Shown in pieces: positions 15,804 through 25,912 of a stretch of DNA of 64,000 nucleotides. The stretch is from an uncultured Gemmatimonadaceae bacterium. Lineage in GTDB: Bacteria > Gemmatimonadota > Gemmatimonadetes > Gemmatimonadales > Gemmatimonadaceae. Where the stretch lies: positions 64,001-128,000 of the forward strand of contig CAWGJO010000024.1 of the NCBI GenBank assembly GCA_963822945.1, given 5' to 3'. Both the position numbers and the translations under genes were made by a program. How positions within the stretch are numbered: the stretch's first letter is position 1; every line of letters starts with the position of its first letter. A model generated the notes under the pieces. That model had not been told where the DNA came from. It did not search any database and was given only the letters and a program-made list of their open reading frames with translations.

Positions 15804-16535
15804 TCACCGGTCGCCCAGCGCCGGCGCCCGGCCGAATGTCACATAGCTGATGAGCCTTGCCCCCGCGGCATGCAACGCAGCGGCGCAGGCATTGAGCGTC
15901 GCGGCCGTCGTGACCACATCGTCCACCAGCACGACGTGCGACCGCCGCAGTGCGTTCCGTGCGGATTGCGGCACGTGGAACGCGCCTGAAACGTTCACTA
16001 GTCGCTGCTCCGGTGTCAATTGCGTTTGCGTGGCCGTGTGGCGCGTGCGCGTGAGCACGCCCGTCCAGACCGGCTGCATCCAGTGCCCGGCGAGCGCCCG
16101 GGCCAGCCGCTCGCTCTGATTGTACCCGCGTTCGCGGTGCCGCTGCTCGGCCAGCGGGACCGGGATCACCGCGGCGCGCTCTGCCACGACGTCGTCCGGC
16201 CAGTCCAGACGCGCCATCCGCTCGGCCATCCCACGCGCCACCGCGTGCCAGCCGTGGTACTTCAGCGCGTGGACGATGGGTTGCCCCGTGCCCCGGTGCA
16301 CCCAGCAAACCGAACGGACGGCGCGCACGTACGCCGGGAGCAGTTCGCACCAGTGGCAGACGCGGCGCGCTCTGGGATGTCCGCACCGGACGCACCGCGG
16401 CGCGGGAAGCACGGCCAGGCGGGTCCAGCACCGCCCGCACACGAGGCCGGGTTCCCCGTCGTCCAGCAGCCGGTTGCACGCCGCGCATGCCATCGGCACC
16501 AGCAGATCGCGCAGCGCCGCCACGCCCGCGCGCAC
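15804..16535 (-). CDS. comF: ComF-family double zinc ribbon + phosphoribosyltransferase protein (start approximate)
   Basis: CAAC..CGRC..CVRC..CHWC, RGYNQS, LVDDVVTT. Confidence 0.85.
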   Translation of the reverse strand: MRAGVAALRDLLVPMACAACNRLLDDGEPGLVCGRCWTRLAVLPAPRCVRCGHPRARRVCHWCELLPAYVRAVRSVCWVHRGTGQPIVHALKYHGWHAVARGMAERMARLDWPDDVVAERAAVIPVPLAEQRHRERGYNQSERLARALAGHWMQPVWTGVLTRTRHTATQTQLTPEQRLVNVSGAFHVPQSARNALRRSHVVLVDDVVTTAATLNACAAALHAAGARLISYVTFGRAPALGDR

Positions 16536-16543
16536 CTCCGCGG

Positions 16544-17359
16544 TCAGTCTGCCTGGCGGAGCGCCTCCCACATCACGCCCCGGTCGGGCATGATCCCGAA
16601 CCAACGCGCGAACGCGTGCGCCCCCTGCCCCACGAGCATGGTGAGTCCATCGGTGGCGCGAAGGCCCCGCTGCCGAGCGGCGCGCACCAGTGGCGTGCCG
16701 CCGCGGCGGTAGACGAGGTCCACCACCGTGGCTGTGGGGTCGAGCCGCTGGACGGGAAAGGCAAGGGCGTCATCGTACAGGCCGAGCGATGTGGCGTTGA
16801 CCGCGAGCGCGGCACCGGCAAGTGCCTGCTCCGCGGTGGGAACGGCGGTCGCCACCGCGGCGAATCGCTCGGCGAGCGCCTCGGCGCGGGCGGCGGTTCG
16901 ATTGTACAGCCGGACGCGGCAACCTCCCCATCGTTCCATTGCGGCCAGCACCCCGGCGGCGGCCCCCCCGGCGCCGATGAGGCCCACGTCGATGCCGGAA
17001 GGACTCGATCCGAGCAGCGCCGCGACGGCCTCGTCGAATCCGTCGACGTCCGTGTTGTCGCCGACGAGCCTCCCGTCCGAGGTCCAGAACGTGTTCACGG
17101 CCCCGGTTCGTTCTGCGGCGGGCATCCGCACGTCGCAGCGCCGCGCGACGCGCGCCTTGTGCGGAATGGTGACGTTCCCGGCCGCCTGGCCGGCGACGAG
17201 CGCGTCGAGCGTCGCGTCCAGGGCCTCGGGGGTCACGTCGAGCGCCTCGTACCGAAGCGAGATGCCGGCGGCCCGGAGCGCGGCGTTCTGCATGCGGGGC
17301 GAGAGCGAATGGGCGACGGGGTGTCCGACCAGCACCAGGCGGCGCGGCGGCGCGCTCAC
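16544..17359 (-). CDS. aroE: Shikimate dehydrogenase
   Basis: GHPVAHSLSP, NVTIPHK, AVNT, NTDVDG, GAGGAA. Confidence 0.94.
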   Translation of the reverse strand: MSAPPRRLVLVGHPVAHSLSPRMQNAALRAAGISLRYEALDVTPEALDATLDALVAGQAAGNVTIPHKARVARRCDVRMPAAERTGAVNTFWTSDGRLVGDNTDVDGFDEAVAALLGSSPSGIDVGLIGAGGAAAGVLAAMERWGGCRVRLYNRTAARAEALAERFAAVATAVPTAEQALAGAALAVNATSLGLYDDALAFPVQRLDPTATVVDLVYRRGGTPLVRAARQRGLRATDGLTMLVGQGAHAFARWFGIMPDRGVMWEALRQAD

Positions 17360-17832
17360 GCCCCCGGTCCGTCCGGCCGGCGTTCGGCGGCGATGCGCTC
17401 GATCACCAGGCGTACGTCGCGCTCCAGTTCGTCCATCGTGGCGCGGTACACGTCGAGTTCGCCGCCCATGGGATCGTTGATGGGGTGTACGTTCGTGCCG
17501 CGCGACGCGAAGGCGGTGAGCAGGTACGATTTGCCCTCGCCGCCCAACGCCTCGATGCGTTCCAGGTGGTGCGGCCCCATGGCCAGAATGAGGTCGGCGG
17601 TAGACACGAGGTCCCGGCTAAGTTGGCGCGAGCGGTGCGGGTTCAGGTCGAGGCCGCGTTCGAGCCCGACGAGCAGCGCGCCGTCGGAGGCAGAGGCGCC
17701 TTCCCACGCGCTCGTGCCGGCGCTCGACGCCTCGATGTCGGGCAGGCCGCGTTCGATGCAGACCTTGCGCGCGATCGCTTCGGCGAGGGGGCTCCGGCAG
17801 GTGTTGCCGGTACACACGAACAGGACGCGCAT
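17356..17832 (-). CDS. Low-molecular-weight protein tyrosine/arginine phosphatase
   Basis: VLFVCTGNTCRSPLAE, DP motif. Confidence 0.93.
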   Translation of the reverse strand: MRVLFVCTGNTCRSPLAEAIARKVCIERGLPDIEASSAGTSAWEGASASDGALLVGLERGLDLNPHRSRQLSRDLVSTADLILAMGPHHLERIEALGGEGKSYLLTAFASRGTNVHPINDPMGGELDVYRATMDELERDVRLVIERIAAERRPDGPGA

Positions 17833-17835
17833 GCG

Positions 17836-18507
17836 CTACGCGTCTCCGATGAGTGTTGGAACACTCTCACGGAGCACACGCGCCGGGATGGCGCCGGGAC
17901 GAATCACTCGGGGATGACGACCCATGCAATCGACGACGGTAGAGGGGCGCGATGGTGCGAGGCGGCCGCCGTCGAGCACGCGGAGGGCGCCGCGGGCCAC
18001 GGCTTCCGGCCACTGTTCAAGAATCTCCCCTGCGGTCATCGCCGGCGGAACCCCCGGCCGGTTGGCGCTGGTGGACGTGATCGCATCGCCGTGGGCCTGT
18101 ATGAGCCGCGCCAGCGCGGGGTGGCTGGTCCACCGCACCGCCACACCACCCTCGGGCCCGCGCAGCTGCGGGGGCACGCGCCGCTCGCCGCCCGGCAGCA
18201 CCAGCGTGAGCGGGCCGGGCCAGTGGCGCGCCACGAGATTGGCGGCGTAGCTCGGCATGTGCAGGTCGAGACGGGCGAGGGTCTCGCTCCCGTCCACCAG
18301 CAGGAGGAAGGGCTTGCCGGGCGGCCGGCGCTTGAGCGTGATGAGCGCATGCACCGACTCGCGATCGATGGCCCCGCCGAATCCGTAGACGGTTTCCGTG
18401 GGATAGGCGAGCACCCGGCGCCGTTCCATCTGATCGAGCGCCGGCCGCAGCGCCGCTTCGACCTCCTCCGCGGACCAGAACGGATAGCTGAGGACGTCGC
18501 GTCTCAT
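17836..18507 (-). CDS. tsaC: Threonylcarbamoyl-AMP synthase (Sua5/YrdC)
   Basis: YPTETVYG, KRRP..KP, WPGPLTL, STSAN. Confidence 0.92.
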   Translation of the reverse strand: MRRDVLSYPFWSAEEVEAALRPALDQMERRRVLAYPTETVYGFGGAIDRESVHALITLKRRPPGKPFLLLVDGSETLARLDLHMPSYAANLVARHWPGPLTLVLPGGERRVPPQLRGPEGGVAVRWTSHPALARLIQAHGDAITSTSANRPGVPPAMTAGEILEQWPEAVARGALRVLDGGRLAPSRPSTVVDCMGRHPRVIRPGAIPARVLRESVPTLIGDA

Positions 18508-19196
18508 GGCTGCAGGGGAAAGAGCGCCTCCGCCCGGGCGAAATCGGCTTCCTCGGTGATCTTCATGGCGCGCTCCTCGCCGCGCACGATGGTCACCGGA
18601 ATTCCCAGCGTCTCGCACAGGGCCGCGTCGTCGGTGGCATGCAGCTTCCGCGTCCGCGCCTCGCGATGCACGTGCACGATCATCTCGCGCGGAAAGCCCT
18701 GCGGCGTCTGCGCGCGCCAGAGGTGGGTCCGATCCACCGTGCGCACGACATCCAGCTCGGGGCCCACTTCCTTGAGCGTGTCGACCACGGGCAGCGCGGC
18801 GACGGTGGCGCGGCCAGTGTCGACACCGGCGATCACGCGGTCGATGGTCGCCGTATCGACGAACGGGCGAGCTGCGTCGTGAATGAGCACGACCTGCGCT
18901 TCGTCGGCCAGATCGTCGAGCCCGTTGGACACCGATTCGGTGCGCGTGCGCCCGCCGTCGGCCACCAGCAGACGGTCCACGTCGCACTGGAAGATCCAGG
19001 GCGGCGGATCGCCCGCGTACTGTCGCGGCAGCACGCACACCACGGCGACCACGCGCGGATGCGCCATGAACGTCTGCAGCGAATGCAGCAGCATCGGCTT
19101 GCCGGCAATCCACCGGAACTGCTTGAGTTCGCTGCCGCCCACGCGCGTACCGCCGCCCGCGGCCACGATCACCACGCCCACGTTGCGTTCGCTCAT
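18504..19196 (-). CDS. ispD: 2-C-methyl-D-erythritol 4-phosphate cytidylyltransferase
   Basis: AAGGGTR, KQF, IHDAARPF, QTPQGF, TDDA, KIT. Confidence 0.94.
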   Translation of the reverse strand: MSERNVGVVIVAAGGGTRVGGSELKQFRWIAGKPMLLHSLQTFMAHPRVVAVVCVLPRQYAGDPPPWIFQCDVDRLLVADGGRTRTESVSNGLDDLADEAQVVLIHDAARPFVDTATIDRVIAGVDTGRATVAALPVVDTLKEVGPELDVVRTVDRTHLWRAQTPQGFPREMIVHVHREARTRKLHATDDAALCETLGIPVTIVRGEERAMKITEEADFARAEALFPLQP

Positions 19197-20590
19197 GGGA
19201 ACAGCCTGCCGAATAGGTCCTGCACGGTGCGCACGCCGACAGTCTGGACCTTCGCGTTGCGCCGCTTGGGCACTCCCCGCTCGGCAAGATACACGCGCGC
19301 GACGCCCTGGTTGGCCGCCTCGGCAATGCGCCGCTCGGCCTGCGACACGGGGCGCACCTCGCCCCCGAGCCCGACCTCGCCAAGAAAGAGGACATCGGGC
19401 GGCAGCGCCACATCCTGCACGCTCGACGCCAGCGCGGCGGCCACTGCGAGATCGCCGGCCGGCTCCTGCAGTCGCATGCCCCCGACCACGTTCACGAACA
19501 CGTCGAGCTGCGCGAACGAGAGACCGGCGCGCTTGTCGAGCACGGCGAGCAGGAGGGCCAGCCGGCGTCCGTCGAGGCCGGTGCTCACCCGCTGCGGCGT
19601 GCCGAAGCCGGCCCGGGTGGCGAGGGCCTGGATCTCGAGCAGCATGGGGCGCGACCCTTCGAGCAGCGCGGTGAGGGCGCTGCCCGACGCCGATGCGTTG
19701 CGGTCGCCGAGGAACAGTTCCGACGGATTGGCCACCGGCTCCAGCCCCTGCTCCGTCATGCGAAACACGCCGATCTCGTCCACGCTCCCGAACCGGTTCT
19801 TCGTGGCCCGGAGCACGCGATGGTCGAGCGTTGCGTCGCCCTCGAAGTAGAGCACGGTGTCCACGATGTGTTCGAGGGTCTTGGGCCCCGCGATGCCGCC
19901 GCCCTTGGTCACATGCCCCACCACCATCACCGCCGTGCCGCTCTCCTTGGCGAACCGCATGAGGCGGGCCGCGCACTCTCTCACCTGGCCCACGTTGCCG
20001 GGGGCGCCCTCGAGATCGGCGGTGAACAGCGTCTGGATGGAGTCCACGACGAGCAGCGCCGGCCGTCGCTCGGCGGCGGTTGCGATCACGGTTTCCAGGT
20101 TGGTCTCGGCAAGCAACGGCACCTCCGCCGCCGCGCCGCCAAGCCGATCGGCGCGCAGCTTCACCTGCAACGGCGATTCCTCACCGGACGCGTACAGCGT
20201 GGCGCGGCCCGGCGCTTCGAGCCGGGCCGCGACCTGCAGCAGCAGCGTGGACTTGCCGATGCCCGGTTCCCCGCCCACCAGCACCATCGATCCGGGCACG
20301 AGCCCGCCGCCGAGGACGAAGTCGAATTCGTCGAGCTGGGTGGGCCACCGCTCCGTTGCCCCGCCCTTCACCTCGCGGAGCCGGGGCGCCGCCGCCACGC
20401 TGCCACCTTCCCCGAGTGCCGAGGCACCCCGGATGCGGCGCTGGGCGGCGGATCGGGGCGCCGTCTTGAAGCCCACGGGTTCCTCGACGAGGGTGTTCCA
20501 CTCGCCGCACCCGTCGCAGCGGCCGGCCCACTTGGCATGCTCGGCCCCGCATTCGGTGCACCGATACACCGTTTTGGCTTTGGGACTCAC
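19193..20590 (-). CDS. radA: DNA repair protein RadA/Sms
   Basis: CTECG..W.GRC..C, GEPGIGKST, KNRFG, GEVGLGGE. Confidence 0.97.
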   Translation of the reverse strand: MSPKAKTVYRCTECGAEHAKWAGRCDGCGEWNTLVEEPVGFKTAPRSAAQRRIRGASALGEGGSVAAAPRLREVKGGATERWPTQLDEFDFVLGGGLVPGSMVLVGGEPGIGKSTLLLQVAARLEAPGRATLYASGEESPLQVKLRADRLGGAAAEVPLLAETNLETVIATAAERRPALLVVDSIQTLFTADLEGAPGNVGQVRECAARLMRFAKESGTAVMVVGHVTKGGGIAGPKTLEHIVDTVLYFEGDATLDHRVLRATKNRFGSVDEIGVFRMTEQGLEPVANPSELFLGDRNASASGSALTALLEGSRPMLLEIQALATRAGFGTPQRVSTGLDGRRLALLLAVLDKRAGLSFAQLDVFVNVVGGMRLQEPAGDLAVAAALASSVQDVALPPDVLFLGEVGLGGEVRPVSQAERRIAEAANQGVARVYLAERGVPKRRNAKVQTVGVRTVQDLFGRLFP

Positions 20591-21993
20591 GAGCCCGTGG
20601 CGCGCTGCGTGTAGTTCTCGAACCGCGTGTAGTGCTTGTGGAAATACAGGTTCACGATGCCCGTGGGGCCGTTGCGCTGTTTGCCCACGATGATCTCCGC
20701 CTTGCCTTCGAGCGAATTGCCGTCCTTGTCCGTCGGACCGTCGTAGAACTCCTGCCGGTACAGGAACATGATAAGGTCGGCGTCCTGCTCGATGGCACCG
20801 GATTCACGCAGATCGGACAATTGTGGCCGCTTGTTCTCGCCGGTCCGGAGCTCGGGCGCGCGCGACAACTGCGAGAGCGCGACCACCGGCACCGACAACT
20901 CCTTGGCCAGCGCCTTGAGGCCGCGCGAGATCTGACTCACTTCCTGCTGCCGGCTCTCGGCGTTGGCCGGTCCGGTCATCAGCTGCAGGTAGTCGACGAT
21001 CACGAGCCCGACGTTGGCGTCCACCTTCAGGCGCCGCGCCTTGGAGCGCATTTCGAGCAGCGAGAGCCCCGGCGTGTCGTCGATCCAAATGGGCGCGGAG
21101 CTGAGAATGCCGGCGGCGCGCGCGAGGCGCGGCAGATCGTCGTCGCGGAGGGTGGCCTTCCGGAGGCGCTGCGCATCCACGCGGGCCTCGCTGGTGAGCA
21201 GGCGCTGCACGAGCGCCTCCTTGCTCATTTCCAGCGAGAAGAAGGCGACCGGCAGGTTGTGCTCGATGGCGGCGTGCTGGGCGATGTTCAGGGTCAGCGC
21301 GGTCTTTCCCATGGACGGCCGGGCGGCAACGATGATCAGGTCGGCGGGCTGGAAGCCCGACGTGATCTCGTCGAGGTCGGTGAAGCCGCTGGCCACGCCG
21401 GTGATCGTCTTTCCGCCGCGCTGAAGCGCTTCGATGCGCTCCATGGCGGGCCACATCAGCTCCTTGATGCGCGTGAACCCTTCGTTCTGCCGCTGCTGGC
21501 TCACCTGGAAGATGCGCGACTCGGCGACGTCGAGCAGTTCGGCCGCCGAGTGCTGTCCGGCAAAGGCGTCGGTGACGATGCCCGTGGACACCTGGATCAG
21601 CGACCGGAGGAGCGCCTTCTCGCGGACGATCTTGGCGTGGTACTCGACGTTGGCCGCGGTGGGGACGGCATCGACGAGAAACCCGATGTACTCCTTGCCG
21701 CCGGCGGCGTCGAGTTCTCCGCGTCGGCCGAGTTGCTCGGACAGCGTCAGCGGATCGACCACCGACCCCTGTTGGGCCACGGCCGCCATGGCGCGGAAGA
21801 TGCGCCGGTTGCGCTCGGAGTAGAACATCGAGTCGTCCAGCGTCTCCAGGGCGCGCAGAATCGCGTCCTGGTCCATGAGCATGGCGGAGAGGACGGCTAC
21901 TTCGGCGTCTTCCGAGTACGGCGGTTGCCGGTCACGGAAGACGTCACCCACGAGCGCGGGCGGCGTCGAGTATTCGGCGGGCAAGCTGGACAT
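20587..21993 (-). CDS. dnaB: Replicative DNA helicase
   Basis: AARPSMGKT, FSLEM, VDYLQLM, LSQLSR, DLRESGAIEQDAD, KQRNGP; no intein. Confidence 0.98.
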   Translation of the reverse strand: MSSLPAEYSTPPALVGDVFRDRQPPYSEDAEVAVLSAMLMDQDAILRALETLDDSMFYSERNRRIFRAMAAVAQQGSVVDPLTLSEQLGRRGELDAAGGKEYIGFLVDAVPTAANVEYHAKIVREKALLRSLIQVSTGIVTDAFAGQHSAAELLDVAESRIFQVSQQRQNEGFTRIKELMWPAMERIEALQRGGKTITGVASGFTDLDEITSGFQPADLIIVAARPSMGKTALTLNIAQHAAIEHNLPVAFFSLEMSKEALVQRLLTSEARVDAQRLRKATLRDDDLPRLARAAGILSSAPIWIDDTPGLSLLEMRSKARRLKVDANVGLVIVDYLQLMTGPANAESRQQEVSQISRGLKALAKELSVPVVALSQLSRAPELRTGENKRPQLSDLRESGAIEQDADLIMFLYRQEFYDGPTDKDGNSLEGKAEIIVGKQRNGPTGIVNLYFHKHYTRFENYTQRATGS

Positions 21994-22874
21994 CTTCCCA
22001 GGTAGGACGCTTCCAAGAGGGGTTTCGGAGCAACGCGGCGGGGTGATACGTGACGATCAGCGGCACGCCGTAGTATCGATGAACCTGTCCCCGAAGCTTG
22101 CCGATTGTAAGCTTGGTTTCAAGGAGCGTCTGGGCGGCGAACAGTCCCATGGCCAGAATGACCTTGGGGCGGATGAGTTCGATCTGCCGGATGAGATAGG
22201 GGCTGCACGCCTTCACTTCGTCGGGCAGCGGGTTGCGATTCCCCGGCGGGCGGTGCTTGAGCACGTTGCCGATGAACACGTCCTCGCGCTTGAGGTCGAT
22301 GGCGGCGAGGATCTTGGTGAGGAGCTGGCCGGCCTGCCCCACGAACGGACGCCCCGTCTCGTCTTCCTTGGCGCCGGGCGCTTCGCCGACGCACATGAAA
22401 TCCGCGTCGGGATTTCCCTCGCCGGGCACGGGGTTCGCGGCGCCCTTGTGCAGCGTGCACTTGGTGCACGCCGCGACGGCGGCGGCGATCTCGTCGAGCG
22501 TGTTGAACCGGGGCTGGTCGCCGCCGAACAGGTCGCGCGAGGCCGTGCCGACGACGAGCCCGTCGGGGGCGGTGCCCGTGGGGGCGGGAGCGGCCGGTTT
22601 CCGCTCACGCTTCGGTGGCGCGGGTTCAGGCGGCGGTTCGGGTGCAGGCGGAGCCGGCGCGGGGGGCTCGGCTTGCCCGCGCGCCGGCCTGGTGGCGGCG
22701 GCGTCCGGCGCCGCGCCCGCATCCTGCAACGCACGCCGCCAATCGGCCGGCCGCCGACGCGGCGCCCAGCACGCGCATCGCGTCTTCCACCGACAGGCCG
22801 TCGAGCACGAGCTCCGACTCTCCGAGTTCGCGGCGCTGCTCGAGATAGCGCCGCAGCTGCTCCCTAGCGTCCAT
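21944..22874 (-). CDS. Uracil-DNA glycosylase family 4 (frameshift in N-terminal linker near 22730-22750)
   Basis: CTKC, GEAPG, GRPFVG, NVLKHRPPGNR, TYHPAALLR; N-terminus [13 protein letters not shown] in another frame. Confidence 0.88.
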
Positions 22875-24085
22875 GCAACATGCCCTCCACGTGGTCGAGA
22901 ATAGCATCGGCCACGGCGGGCTTCAGCATCAATTCGAGGCGGGTCTCACCTCCATCGCGATCGAGCAGCGTCACCCGGTTGGTGTCCACCCCGAACCCGG
23001 CGCCCGGTTCGGTCGCGTCGTTGACGACGATCAGGTCGAGTCCCTTCGCCTCGAGTTTGGCACGCGCATGCGCCACGGGGTCGTCGGTTTCGAGCGCGAA
23101 TCCCACGACGACCGTTCCCGGCCGGCGGGCATCGCGTGTGGAGGCGAGGATGTCGACGGTGAACGCCAGGTCGAGCGTGGGGGGCTGCGCGCCCTTCTTG
23201 ATCTTGGACGTCGTCGCTCGCACCGGCGTGAAGTCGGCGGGGGCGGCGGCCATGATCAGCACGTCGGCGTTGGGCAACGCGGCGCGCACGGCCTCGGCCA
23301 TCTGCGCCGTGGTCTCGACCGCCGTATGCCTCGGGCCTACCGGCGGCGCCACCGCGAGCGGGCCGGCAATCGAGATCCACCTCGGCCCCACGCCGCCAGG
23401 CGGCGGCGGCGAGCGCCACCCCCATCTTGCCGCTGCTGTGGTTGGAGATGAAGCGGACCGGATCGATCGGTTCGCGCGTCGGACCCGCCGATACGACCAC
23501 GCGGCGTCCGGCCAGCGGCCCACCGGGCTCGAGCAGCCGTCCGACGTGGGCGAAGATCGTTTCCGGCTCCGGCATGCGTCCGGGGCCGCTGCCTTCACCG
23601 GCGGCCAGCAGCCCTTCATCGGGTGGGAGAATCCGGTAGCCCAGTTCGGACAGGTGCTGGACGTTGCGCTGTGTCTGGGGGTGCGCCCACATCCGGTCGT
23701 TCATGGCTGGCACGAGGAGCACGGGACAACTGGCGGCGAGCAGGCAGGCGGTAAGCAGGTCGTCGGCCTGCCCGGTGGCCGCCCGCGCCATGAAGTCGGC
23801 GGTGGCCGGAGCCACCACGAGGACATCGGCGGCGCGCGCCAGCGTGATGTGCTCCAGGGCGTGGCCCGGGTCGAAGAGCCCGGCGTGTACCGACCGGCCG
23901 GTGAGCGCTTCGAAGGTGATCGGTCCCACGAACTCGGTGGCCGCGCGGGTCATGACGACCTCGACGTCGGCGCCCGCTTTCGTGAGCAGGCGCGCCAACC
24001 AGGCAGACTTGTAGCTGGCGATTCCGCCGGTGACACCGAGCAGAACGCGACGCGACGCGTAGGGCCGAGTGGGCGCGAGACTCAT
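22864..24085 (-). CDS. coaBC: Phosphopantothenoylcysteine decarboxylase/ligase (frameshift near 23375)
   Basis: [37 protein letters not shown] then [14 protein letters not shown] in second frame. Confidence 0.93.
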
Positions 24086-24130
24086 GCGACTCGAGACGAG
24101 GGCGGGCGTGGGCCCGCGGCGAATCGCAGG

Positions 24131-24340
24131 CTACTCGCCGCGGGGGCGCGGCACGACGCGGTAGTTCAGATCGCCGCTCGCCAGTTCTTCCATGGCGCGC
24201 GTGGTCAGCTTCTTCTCACCCATCGCCGACCGGTCGCGCGGGAACTCGTTGAGCACGCGCGCATACTTGGCCGCGACGAGCACGCCGAGGTACTTGTTGG
24301 CCGCGTGCTGGGCGATCTCCCTGGGGGTAAACACTCGCAT
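24131..24340 (-). CDS. rpoZ: RNA polymerase omega subunit
   Basis: NKYLGVLVAAKYAR, KLTTRAMEEL; gmk-rpoZ-coaBC synteny. Confidence 0.88.
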   Translation of the reverse strand: MRVFTPREIAQHAANKYLGVLVAAKYARVLNEFPRDRSAMGEKKLTTRAMEELASGDLNYRVVPRPRGE

Positions 24341-24351
24341 GGTTCGTTCCG

Positions 24352-24993
24352 TCAGAGGGTATGATTTTCGATCTCACGTTCCAGCCGGTCGATCAGCTGC
24401 GTCACCTGGTGTCGCAGGTTGGCCACCCGATCGCGACTGGCTACTTCGGCATCGATGATCGACGACACGAGGCCCACCGCTTCCTCGAGCGCGTCGTTCA
24501 CCACCACGTACTGATACTCGTCCACGGCCTGCAGTTCCTGCAGCGCCGACTGCAACCGCGCCACCACCTGGGCGCCGCTCTCGGTGTCCCGGTCGCGCAG
24601 CCGGTGCAACAGCACCTCACCCGACGGGGGCAGCACGAACACGCTCACCGATTGCGGGAAGGCGCGCCGGAACTGCAGCGCCCCCTGCACGTCGATGTCC
24701 ATGATGACGTGCCGTCCCGAGTCCAACACCCGATCCACTTCGGCCTGCAACGTACCATACAGGTTGCCGTGCACCTCGGCCGATTCCGCGAATTCCCCGC
24801 GTTCCTGCCGTTCGATGAAGTCGCGACGGGTGAGAAAATAGTAGTCCCGACCGTCCCGCTCCGCCCCACGCGGACTTCGCGTGGTACACGACACCGAATA
24901 TCCGACATCCGTTCGCCGAGCCAACAGCGCCCGGGCGATGGTGGTCTTTCCGCCACCCGAAGGCGCCGACAGAATCACCGGGAACGGATTCAT
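24352..24993 (-). CDS. gmk: Guanylate kinase
   Basis: SAPSGGGKTT, SCTTRSPR, GRDYYF, HGNLYGT, DIDVQG. Confidence 0.96.
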   Translation of the reverse strand: MNPFPVILSAPSGGGKTTIARALLARRTDVGYSVSCTTRSPRGAERDGRDYYFLTRRDFIERQERGEFAESAEVHGNLYGTLQAEVDRVLDSGRHVIMDIDVQGALQFRRAFPQSVSVFVLPPSGEVLLHRLRDRDTESGAQVVARLQSALQELQAVDEYQYVVVNDALEEAVGLVSSIIDAEVASRDRVANLRHQVTQLIDRLEREIENHTL

Positions 24994-25871
24994 TCGAGAT
25001 TCTCAACCTGTTCGCGAATCCGCTCCAACTCTTCCTTGATCACGACGACGTCGGCCACCACGGTGGCGTCGTTCGCCTTGCTGCCCGTCGTATTCGCTTC
25101 GCGCAACATCTCCTGCAGCAGGAATCCCAACCGCTTGCCCACCCCGTCGGTTCCCGCGCTCCCGATCGTGTCGCGGAAGGCCGCGATGTGGGCCCGGAAC
25201 CGCGACAACTCCTCACTCACGTCGAGCCGGTCGGCCAGGATCGCGATCTCCTGCTCCAGCCGCCCCTCGTCCAGCGCCACTCCGCCCGCGATCTCCTGCA
25301 CCGAGACCCGCAGCCGGTCGCGCTGTTCCACCAGTCGCTGCGGCGCCCGGTGGGCGATGCGATCCAACGCCGCCTCCACACTCGCCACCCGCTCATCGAG
25401 GTAGGCCACCAACCGCCCGCCCTCGGCTTCACGCATTTCGGTGAGCGCGGCCAGTGCGGCGTCCACCACCTTCACCAACTCGTCCGCCGTACCGCCTGCC
25501 GTCGGATCGCCACCACTCGTCACGATCACGTCGGGCAGGCGAAGGATTGCCGCCAGGTCCAGCGCATCCGGCGCGATGCCGAACCGCTGCTGCAACTCGC
25601 GCAACCGCGTGACGTACTGGCCGAACCGTTCCTCGTCGATGCCGGCCCCGGACTCCGCGGCCGACTCGAATCGCGCGGACACCGTGACCGCCCCGCGGCC
25701 GATCCCGCGCCGCAACGCTTCGCGAACCTCCGCTTCCCAACGCCCCAGCGCCGACGGAAGTTTGATCGATGGGTTGAAGAAACGGTGGTTGACTGAGCGC
25801 ACCTCGATGGTGACTCGCGCTCCTCCAACCACCCCTTCCGCGGTCCCGAACCCCGTCATGCTCCGTATCAT
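24990..25871 (-). CDS. yicC: YicC/YloC-family endoribonuclease
   Basis: MIRSMTGFG, RSVNHRF, DVSEELSRF, LLQEMLREANTTGSK, REQVENLE. Confidence 0.95.
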   Translation of the reverse strand: MIRSMTGFGTAEGVVGGARVTIEVRSVNHRFFNPSIKLPSALGRWEAEVREALRRGIGRGAVTVSARFESAAESGAGIDEERFGQYVTRLRELQQRFGIAPDALDLAAILRLPDVIVTSGGDPTAGGTADELVKVVDAALAALTEMREAEGGRLVAYLDERVASVEAALDRIAHRAPQRLVEQRDRLRVSVQEIAGGVALDEGRLEQEIAILADRLDVSEELSRFRAHIAAFRDTIGSAGTDGVGKRLGFLLQEMLREANTTGSKANDATVVADVVVIKEELERIREQVENLE

Positions 25872-25883
25872 GGGCAGACTTGT

Positions 25884-25912
25884 AAGTTACGGAACCACAA
25901 CAACCTTGTCAA
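25884..25912 (-). promoter_or_regulatory. Strong sigma70-type promoter of the yicC-gmk-rpoZ operon
   Basis: TTGACA-N17-TAACTT, -10 ends 12 nt before the ATG. Confidence 0.7.
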
